A stretch of 64,000 bases of DNA, from positions 20,398,001-20,462,000 of the forward strand of contig OZ059900.1 in assembly GCA_964057225.1 (NCBI GenBank). Direction: 5' to 3'. The notes beneath the pieces were generated by a model. That model saw nothing but the letters and a program-made list of their open reading frames with translations, made no database searches and was not told the origin of the DNA. Position numbers and translations under genes: made by a program. Every line of letters starts with the position of its first letter. The stretch's first letter is position 1. Source of the DNA: Auanema rhodensis (Eukaryota > Animalia > Nematoda). Positions 53,701-64,000 of this stretch are shown here, one piece after another.

Positions 53701-56700
53701 AAAACTGGTTTTCCAGCATAATAAAATATTTCTCATGGGAAATACTGTGTTTTTGTATTTTTCTAGTGTTCAGCATGTAAAATGTTTCATTTTAGTATGT
53801 AACACGCTGAAATTCGTTGCATTTGATGACTCATATGAACAAAAATCGATTTAATCAATATTAGCCATAAGGGGCGTGCCCTCAGAATATGCTAATTTCC
53901 TTAATTTTCTAACCCCTGTTTTTTTGTCGTGAAAGTGGAACTAGACGTTGTACGAACAATTTTGAGCTAGGTTTCATTGACATTGCATGAGTTTGAACAC
54001 ATGAAATCGTAAGTCAAAACCTTGTTTACAGCGAAATTTCCAAAAACTGGTTTTCCAGCATAATAAAATATTTCTCGTGGGAAATACTGTGTTTTTGTAT
54101 TTTTCTAGTGTTCAGCATGTAAAATGCTTTATTTTAGTATGTAACACGCTGAAATTCGTTGCATTTGACGACTCATATGAACAAAAATCGATTTAATCAA
54201 TATTAGCCATAAGGGGCGTGCCCTCAGAATATGCTAATTTCCTTAATTTTCTAACCCCTGTTTTTTTGTCGTGAAAGTGGAAGTAGACGTTGTACGAACA
54301 ATTTTGAGCTAGGTTTCATTGACATTGCATGAATTTGAACACATGAAATCGTAAGTCAAAACCTTGTTTACAGCGAAATTTCCAAAAACTGGTTTTCCAG
54401 CATAATAAAATATTTCTCATGGGAAATACTGTGTTTTTGTATTTTTCTAGTGTTCAGCATGTAAAATGCTTCATTTTAGTATGTAACACGCTGAAATTCG
54501 TTGCATTTGACGACTCATATGAACAAAAATCGATTTAATCAATATTAGCCATAAGGGGCGTGCCCTCAGAATATGCTAATTTCCTTAATTTTCTAACCCC
54601 TGTTTTTTTGTCGTGAAAGTGGAACTAGACGTTGTACGAACAAATTTGAGCTAGGTTTCATTGACATTGCATGAGTTTGAACACAAGAAATCGTAAGTCA
54701 AAACCTTGTTTACAGCGAAATTTCCAAAAACTGGTTTTCCAGCATAATAAAATATTTCTCATGGGAAGTACTGTGTTTTTGTATTTTTCTAGTGTTCAGC
54801 ATGTAAAATGCTTCATTTTAGTATGTAACACGCTGAAATTCGTTGCATTTGACGACTCATATGAACAAAAATCGATTTAATCAATATTAGCCATAAGGGG
54901 CGTGCCCTCAGAATATGCTAATTTCCTTAATTTTCTAACCCCTGTTTTTTTGTCGTGAAAGTGGAACTAGACGTTGTACGAACAATTTTGAGCTAGGTTT
55001 CATTGACATTGCATGAGTTTGAACACATGAAATCGTAAGTCAAAACCTTGTTTACAGCGAAATTTCCAAAAACTGGTTTTCCAGCATAATAAAATATTTC
55101 TCATGGGAAATACTGTGTTTTTGTATTTTTCTAGTGTTCAGCATGTAAAATGCTTCATTTTAGTATGTAACACGCTGAAATTCGTTGCATTTGACGACTC
55201 ATATGAACAAAAATCGATTTAATCAATATTAGCCATAAGGGGCGTGCCCTCAGAATATGCTAATTTCCTTAATTTTCTAACCCCTGTTTTTTTGTCGTGA
55301 AAGTGGAACTAGACGTTGTACGAACAAATTTGAGCTAGGTTTCATTGACATTGCATGAGTTTGAACACAAGAAATCGTAAGTCAAAACCTTGTTTACAGC
55401 GAAATTTTCAAAAACTGGTTTTCCAGCATAATAAAATATTTCTCATGGGAAATACTGTGTTTTTGTATTTTTCTAGTGTTCAGCATGTAAAATGCTTCAT
55501 TTTAGTATGTAACACGCTGAAATTCGTTGCATTTGACGACTCATATGAACAAAAATCGATTTAATCAATATTAGCCATAAGGGGCGTGCCCTCAGAATAT
55601 GCTAATTTCCTTAATTTTCTAACCCCTGTTTTTTTGTCGTGAAAGTGGAACTAGACGTTGTACGAACAATTTTGAGCTAGGTTTCATTGACATTGCATGA
55701 ATTTGAACACATGAAATCGTAAGTCAAAACCTTGTTTACAGCGAAATTTCCAAAAACTGGTTTTCCAGCATAATAAAATATTTCTCATGGGAAATACTGT
55801 GTTTTTGTATTTTTCTAGTGTTCAGCATGTAAAATGCTTCATTTTAGTATGTAACACGCTGAAATTCGTTGCATTTGACGACTCATATGAACAAAAATCG
55901 ATTTAATCAATATTAGCCATAAGGGGCGTGCCCTCAGAATATGCTAATTTCCTTAATTTTCTAACCCCTGTTTTTTTGTCGTGAAAGTGGAACTAGACGT
56001 TGTACGAACAAATTTGAGCTAGGTTTCATTGACATTGCATGAGTTTGAACACAAGAAATCGTAAGTCAAAACCTTGTTTACAGCGAAATTTCCAAAAACT
56101 GGTTTTCCAGCATAATAAAATATTTCTCATGGGAAATACTGTGTTTTTGTATTTTTCTAGTGTTCAGCATGTAAAATGCTTCATTTTAGTATGTAACACG
56201 CTGAAATTCGTTGCATTTGACGACTCATATGAACAAAAATCGATTTAATCAATATTAGCCATAAGGGGCGTGCCCTCAGAATATGCTAATTTCCTTAATT
56301 TTCTAACCCCTGTTTTTTTGTCGTGAAAGTGGAACTAGACGTTGTACGAACAAACTTGAGCTAGGTTTCATTGACATTGCATGAGTTTGAACACAAGAAA
56401 TCGTAAGTCAAAACCTTGTTTACAGCGAAATTTTCAAAAACTGGTTTTCCAGCATAATAAAATATTTCTCATGGGAAATACTGTGTTTTTGTATTTTTCT
56501 AGTGTTCAGCATGTAAAATGCTTCATTTTAGTATGTAACACGCTGAAATTCGTTGCATTTGACGACTCATATGAACAAAAATCGATTTAATCAATATTAG
56601 CCATAAGGGGCGTGCCCTCAGAATATGCTAATTTCCTTAATTTTCTAACCCCTGTTTTTTTGTCGTGAAAGTGGAACTAGACGTTGTACGAACAATTTTG

Positions 56701-59700
56701 AGCTAGGTTTCATTGACATTGCATGAGTTTGAACACATGAAATCGTAAGTCAAAACCTTGTTTACAGCGAAATTTCCAAAAACTGGTTTTCCAGCATAAT
56801 AAAATATTTCTCATGGGAAATACTGTGTTTTTGTATTTTTCTAGTGTTCAGCATGTAAAATGCTTCATTTTAGTATGTAACACGCTGAAATTCGTTGCAT
56901 TTGACGACTCATATGAACAAAAATCGATTTAATCAATATTAGCCATAAGGGGCGTGCCCTCAGAATATGCTAATTTCCTTAATTTTCTAACCCCTGTTTT
57001 TTTGTCGTGAAAGTGGAACTAGACGTTGTACGAACAAACTTGAGCTAGGTTTCATTGACATTGCATGAGTTTGAACACAAGAAATCGTAAGTCAAAACCT
57101 TGTTTACAGCGAAATTTTCAAAAACTGGTTTTCCAGCATAATAAAATATTTCTCATGGGAAATACTGTGTTTTTGTATTTTTCTAGTGTTCAGCATGTAA
57201 AATGCTTCATTTTAGTATGTAACACGCTGAAATTCGTTGCATTTGACGACTCATATGAACAAAAATCGATTTAATCAATATTAGCCATAAGGGGCGTGCC
57301 CTCAGAATATGCTAATTTCCTTAATTTTCTAACCCCTGTTTTTTTGTCGTGAAAGTGGAACTAGACGTTGTACGAACAATTTTGAGCTAGGTTTCATTGA
57401 CATTGCATGAATTTGAACACATGAAATCGTAAGTCAAAACCTTGTTTACAGCGAAATTTCCAAAAACTGGTTTTCCAGCATAATAAAATATTTCTCATGG
57501 GAAATACTGTGTTTTTGTATTTTTCTAGTGTTCAGCATGTAAAATGCTTCATTTTAGTATGTAACACGCTGAAATTCGTTGCATTTGACGACTCATATGA
57601 ACAAAAATCGATTTAATCAATATTAGCCATAAGGGGCGTGCCCTCAGAATATGCTAATTTCCTTAATTTTCTAACCCCTGTTTTTTTGTCGTGAAAGTGG
57701 AACTAGACGTTGTACGAACAAATTTGAGCTAGGTTTCATTGACATTGCATGAGTTTGAACACAAGAAATCGTAAGTCAAAACCTTGTTTACAGCGAAATT
57801 TTCAAAAACTGGTTTTCCAGCATAATAAAATATTTCTCATGGGAAATACTGTGTTTTTGTATTTTTCTAGTGTTCAGCATGTAAAATGTTTCATTTTAGT
57901 ATGTAACACGCTGAAATTCGTTGCATTTGATGACTCATATGAACAAAAATCGATTTAATCAATATTAGCCATAAGGGGCGTGCCCTCAGAATATGCTAAT
58001 TTCCTTAATTTTCTAACCCCTGTTTTTTTGTCGTGAAAGTGGAACTAGACGTTGTACGAACAATTTTGAGCTAGGTTTCATTGACATTGCATGAGTTTGA
58101 ACACATGAAATCGTAAGTCAAAACCTTGTTTACAGCGAAATTTCCAAAAACTGGTTTTCCAGCATAATAAAATATTTCTCGTGGGAAATACTGTGTTTTT
58201 GTATTTTTCTAGTGTTCAGCATGTAAAATGCTTTATTTTAGTATGTAACACGCTGAAATTCGTTGCATTTGACGACTCATATGAACAAAAATCGATTTAA
58301 TCAATATTAGCCATAAGGGGCGTGCCCTCAGAATATGCTAATTTCCTTAATTTTCTAACCCCTGTTTTTTTGTCGTGAAAGTGGAAGTAGACGTTGTACG
58401 AACAATTTTGAGCTAGGTTTCATTGACATTGCATGAATTTGAACACATGAAATCGTAAGTCAAAACCTTGTTTACAGCGAAATTTCCAAAAACTGGTTTT
58501 CCAGCATAATAAAATATTTCTCATGGGAAGTACTGTGTTTTTGTATTTTTCTAGTGTTCAGCATGTAAAATGCTTCATTTTAGTATGTAACACGCTGAAA
58601 TTCGTTGCATTTGACGACTCATATGAACAAAAATCGATTTAATCAATATTAGCCATAAGGGGCGTGCCCTCAGAATATGCTAATTTCCTTAATTTTCTAA
58701 CCCCTGTTTTTTTGTCGTGAAAGTGGAACTAGACGTTGTACGAACAATTTTGAGCTAGGTTTCATTGACATTGCATGAGTTTGAACACATGAAATCGTAA
58801 GTCAAAACCTTGTTTACAGCGAAATTTCCAAAAACTGGTTTTCCAGCATAATAAAATATTTCTCATGGGAAATACTGTGTTTTTGTATTTTTCTAGTGTT
58901 CAGCATGTAAAATGCTTCATTTTAGTATGTAACACGCTGAAATTCGTTGCATTTGACGACTCATATGAACAAAAATCGATTTAATCAATATTAGCCATAA
59001 GGGGCGTGCCCTCAGAATATGCTAATTTCCTTAATTTTCTAACCCCTGTTTTTTTGTCGTGAAAGTGGAACTAGACGTTGTACGAACAAATTTGAGCTAG
59101 GTTTCATTGACATTGCATGAGTTTGAACACAAGAAATCGTAAGTCAAAACCTTGTTTACAGCGAAATTTTCAAAAACTGGTTTTCCAGCATAATAAAATA
59201 TTTCTCATGGGAAATACTGTGTTTTTGTATTTTTCTAGTGTTCAGCATGTAAAATGCTTCATTTTAGTATGTAACACGCTGAAATTCGTTGCATTTGACG
59301 ACTCATATGAACAAAAATCGATTTAATCAATATTAGCCATAAGGGGCGTGCCCTCAGAATATGCTAATTTCCTTAATTTTCTAACCCCTGTTTTTTTGTC
59401 GTGAAAGTGGAACTAGACGTTGTACGAACAATTTTGAGCTAGGTTTCATTGACATTGCATGAATTTGAACACATGAAATCGTAAGTCAAAACCTTGTTTA
59501 CAGCGAAATTTCCAAAAACTGGTTTTCCAGCATAATAAAATATTTCTCATGGGAAATACTGTGTTTTTGTATTTTTCTAGTGTTCAGCATGTAAAATGCT
59601 TCATTTTAGTATGTAACACGCTGAAATTCGTTGCATTTGACGACTCATATGAACAAAAATCGATTTAATCAATATTAGCCATAAGGGGCGTGCCCTCAGA

Positions 59701-62700
59701 ATATGCTAATTTCCTTAATTTTCTAACCCCTGTTTTTTTGTCGTGAAAGTGGAACTAGACGTTGTACGAACAAATTTGAGCTAGGTTTCATTGACATTGC
59801 ATGAGTTTGAACACAAGAAATCGTAAGTCAAAACCTTGTTTACAGCGAAATTTTCAAAAACTGGTTTTCCAGCATAATAAAATATTTCTCATGGGAAATA
59901 CTGTGTTTTTGTATTTTTCTAGTGTTCAGCATGTAAAATGTTTCATTTTAGTATGTAACACGCTGAAATTCGTTGCATTTGATGACTCATATGAACAAAA
60001 ATCGATTTAATCAATATTAGCCATAAGGGGCGTGCCCTCAGAATATGCTAATTTCCTTAATTTTCTAACCCCTGTTTTTTTGTCGTGAAAGTGGAACTAG
60101 ACGTTGTACGAACAATTTTGAGCTAGGTTTCATTGACATTGCATGAGTTTGAACACATGAAATCGTAAGTCAAAACCTTGTTTACAGCGAAATTTCCAAA
60201 AACTGGTTTTCCAGCATAATAAAATATTTCTCGTGGGAAATACTGTGTTTTTGTATTTTTCTAGTGTTCAGCATGTAAAATGCTTCATTTTAGTATGTAA
60301 CACGCTGAAATTCGTTGCATTTGACGACTCATATGAACAAAAATCGATTTAATCAATATTAGCCATAAGGGGCGTGCCCTCAGAATATGCTAATTTCCTT
60401 AATTTTCTAACCCCTGTTTTTTTGTCGTGAAAGTGGAACTAGACGTTCTACGAACAATTTTGAGCTAGGTTTCATTGACATTGCATGAGTTTGAACACAA
60501 GAAATCGTAAGTCAAAACCTTGTTTACAGCGAAATTTTCAAAAACTGGTTTTCCAGCATAATAAAATATTTCTCATGGGAAATACTGTGTTTTTGTATTT
60601 TTCTAGTGTTCAGCATGTAAAATGCTTCATTTTAGTATGTAACACGCTGAAATTCGTTGCATTTGATGACTCATATGAACAAAAATCGATTTAATCAATA
60701 TTAGCCATAAGGGGCGTGCCCTCAGAATATGCTAATTTCCTTAATTTTCTAACCCCTGTTTTTTTGTCGTGAAAGTGGAACTAGACGTTGTACGAACAAT
60801 TTTGAGCTAGGTTTCATTGACATTGCATGAGTTTGAACACATGAAATCGTAAGTCAAAACCTTGTTTACAGCGAAATTTCCAAAAACTGGTTTTCCAGCA
60901 TAATAAAATATTTCTCGTGGGAAATACTGTGTTTTTGTATTTTTCTAGTGTTCAGCATGTAAAATGCTTCATTTTAGTATGTAACACGCTGAAATTCGTT
61001 GCATTTGACGACTCATATGAACAAAAATCGATTTAATCAATATTAGCCATAAGGGGCGTGCCCTCAGAATATGCTAATTTCCTTAATTTTCTAACCCCTG
61101 TTTTTTTGTCGTGAAAGTGGAACTAGACGTTCTACGAACAATTTTGAGCTAGGTTTCATTGACATTGCATGAATTTGAACACATGAAATCGTAAGTCAAA
61201 ACCTTGTTTACAGCGAAATTTCCAAAAACTGGTTTTCCAGCATAATAAAATATTTCTCATGGGAAATACTGTGTTTTTGTATTTTTCTAGTGTTCAGCAT
61301 GTAAAATGCTTCATTTTAGTATGTAAAACGCTGAAATTCGTTGCATTTGACGACTCATATGAACAAAAATCGATTTAATCAATATTAGCCATAAGGGGCG
61401 TGCCCTCAGAATATGCTAATTTCCTTAATTTTCTAACCCCTGTTTTTTTGTCGTGAAAGTGGAACTAGACGTTGTACGAACAAATTTGAGCTAGGTTTCA
61501 TTGACATTGCATGAGTTTGAACACAAGAAATCGTAAGTCAAAACCTTGTTTACAGCGAAATTTTCAAAAACTGGTTTTCCAGCATAATAAAATATTTCTC
61601 ATGGGAAATACTGTGTTTTTGTATTTTTCTAGTGTTCAGCATGTAAAATGCTTCATTTTAGTATGTAACACGCTGAAATTCGTTGCATTTGACGACTCAT
61701 ATGAACAAAAATCGATTTAATCAATATTAGCCATAAGGGGCGTGCCCTCAGAATATGCTAATTTCCTTAATTTTCTAACCCCTGTTTTTTTGTCGTGAAA
61801 GTGGAAGTAGACGTTGTACGAACAATTTTGAGCTAGGTTTCATTGACATTGCATGAGTTTGAACACATGAAATCGTAAGTCAAAACCTTGTTTACAGCGA
61901 AATTTCCAAAAACTGGTTTTCCAGCATAATAAAATATTTCTCATGGGAAATACTGTGTTTTTGTATTTTTCTAGTGTTCAGCATGTAAAATGCTTCATTT
62001 CAGTATGTAACACGCTGAAATTCGTTGCATTTGACGACGCATATGAACAAAAATCGATTTAATCAATATTAGCCATAAGGGGCGTGCCCTCAGAATATGC
62101 TAATTTCCTTAATTTTCTAACCCCTGTTTTTTTGTCGTGAAAGTGGAACTAGACGTTGTACGAACAATTTTGAGCTAGGTTTCATTGACATTGCATGAGT
62201 TTGAACACATGAAATCGTAAGTCAAAACCTTGTTTACAGCGAAATTTCCAAAAACTGGTTTTCCAGCATAATAAAATATTTCTCATGGGAAACACTGTGT
62301 TTTTGTATTTTTCTAGTGTTCAGCATGTAAAATGCTTCATTTTAGTATGTAACACGCTGAAATTCGTTGCATTTGATGACTCATATGAACAAAAATCGAT
62401 TTAATCAATATTAGCCATAAGGGGCGTGCCCTCAGAATATGCTAATTCCCTTAATTTTCTAACCCCTGTTTTTTTGTCGTGAAAGTGGAACTAGACGTTG
62501 TACGAACAATTTTGAGCTAGGTTTCATTGACATTGCATGAATTTGAACACATGAAATCGTAAGTCAAAACCTTGTTTACAGCGAAATTTCCAAAAACTGG
62601 TTTTCCAGCATAATAAAATATTTCTCATGGGAAATACTGTGTTTTTGTATTTTTCTAGTGTTCAGCATGTAATATGCTTCATTTTAGTATGTAACACGCT

Positions 62701-64000
62701 GAAATTCGTTGCATTTGACGACTCATATGAACAAAAATCGATTTAATCAATATTAGCCATAAGGGGCGTGCCCTCAGAATATGCTAATTTCCTTAATTTT
62801 CTAACCCCTGTTTTTTTGTCGTGAAAGTGGAACTAGACGTTGTACGAACAAACATGAGCTAGGTTTCATTGACATTGCATGAGTTTGAACACAAGAAATC
62901 GTAAGTCAAAACCTTGTTTACAGCGAAATTTTCAAAAACTGGTTTTCCAGCATAATAAAATATTTCTCATGGGAAATACTGTGTTTTTGTATTTTTCTAG
63001 TGTTCAGCATGTAAAATGCTTCATTTTAGTATGTAACACGCTGAAATTCGTTGCATTTGACGACTCATATGAACAAAAATCGATTTAATCAATATTAGCC
63101 ATAAGGGGCGTGCCCTCAGAATATGCTAATTTCCTTAATTTTCTAACCCCTGTTTTTTTGACGTGAAAGTGGAACTAGACGTTGTACGAACAAACTTGAG
63201 CTAGGTTTCATTGACATTGCATGAGTTTGAACACAAGAAATCGTAAGTCAAAACCTTGTTTACAGCGAAATTTCCAAAAACTGGTTTTCCAGCATAATAA
63301 AATATTTCTCGTGGGAAATACTGTGTTTTTGTATTTTTCTAGTGTTCAGCATGTAAAATGCTTCATTTTAGTATGTAACACGCTGAAATTCGTTGCATTT
63401 GACGACTCATATGAACAAAAATCGATTTAATCAATATTAGCCATAAGGGGCGTGCCCTCAGAATATGCTAATTTCCTTAATTTTCTAACCCCTGTTTTTT
63501 TGTCGTGAAAGTGGAACTAGACGTTCTACGAACAATTTTGAGCTAGGTTTCATTGACATTGCATGAGTTTGAACACATGAAATCGTAAGTCAAAACCTTG
63601 TTTACAGCGAAATTTCCAAAAACTGGTTTTCCAGCATAATAAAATATTTCTCATGGGAAATACTGTGTTTTTGTATTTTTCTAGTGTTCAGCATGTAAAA
63701 TGCTTCATTTTAGTATGTAACACGCTGAAATTCGTTGCATTTGACGACTCATATGAACAAAAATCGATTTAATCAATATTAGCCATAAGGGGCGTGCCCT
63801 CAGAATATGCTAATTTCCTTAATTTTCTAACCCCTCTTTTTTTGTCGTGAAAGTGGAACTAGACGTTGTACGAACAATTTTGAGCTAGGTTTCATTGACA
63901 TTGCATGAGTTTGAACACATGAAATCGTAAGTCAAAACCTTGTTTACAGCGAAATTTCCAAAAACTGGTTTTCCAGCATAATAAAATATTTCTCATGGGA

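Larger units (their letters stand above)
174..64000 (+). repeat. Tandem satellite DNA array, 342-bp monomer, ~187 copies, continuing past the window end
   Basis: ACGACTCATATG recurs at 174 and 516 (period 342). ORF-track starts differ by multiples of 342 (e.g. 49199 to 63221 = 41 x 342). Monomers differ from consensus by 0 to ~5 nt, with some 340-343-bp length variants. A hand count gives 116 G+C in 342 bp. Confidence 0.99.
41300..64000 (+). repeat. Right-hand satellite subfamily domain with its own variant set
   Basis: ACACAAGAA, GAACAAATTT, AATTTTCAA, GAAGTAGAC, ATTTCAGT, GACGACGC and ATGAATTT were seen only from ~41310 onward. Confidence 0.85.

Noticed and set aside
41337-63430. Tandem family of protein-coding genes
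   Set aside because: About 90% of monomers have a stop in this frame, there is no recognisable domain, and the ORF depends on a single substitution.
174-64000. CRISPR array or other repeat-spacer system
   Set aside because: There are no unique spacers. The whole 342-bp unit is repeated nearly identically, and no cas-like or other genes are present.
174-64000. Assignment to a named satellite family or species
   Set aside because: AT-rich satellites of 340-360 bp occur in many insects and plants, and I cannot match this sequence without a database search.

Overview
The window is almost entirely one highly homogeneous, AT-rich (~34% GC by hand count) tandem satellite array with a 342-bp monomer. 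About 187 head-to-tail copies run on the + strand from 174 to the window end. It looks like eukaryotic (peri)centromeric or heterochromatic satellite DNA, but I cannot assign a taxon or named family. I see no credible genes, RNA genes, transposons or CRISPR array. The only non-satellite sequence is a 26-bp A/T linker (148-173) at an orientation switch: bases 1-147 are the same satellite on the opposite strand. Diagnostic substitutions and indels show nested multi-monomer duplications (2-, 3-, 5-, 6-, 7-, 8-, 11-, 13-, 15- and 19-mers) and a sharp change of variant set at about 41.3 kb. All 19 listed 69-aa ORFs come from one TGA>AGA substitution in the right-hand subfamily and are most likely non-coding by-products. 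Variant positions and duplication limits were read by eye and are approximate.
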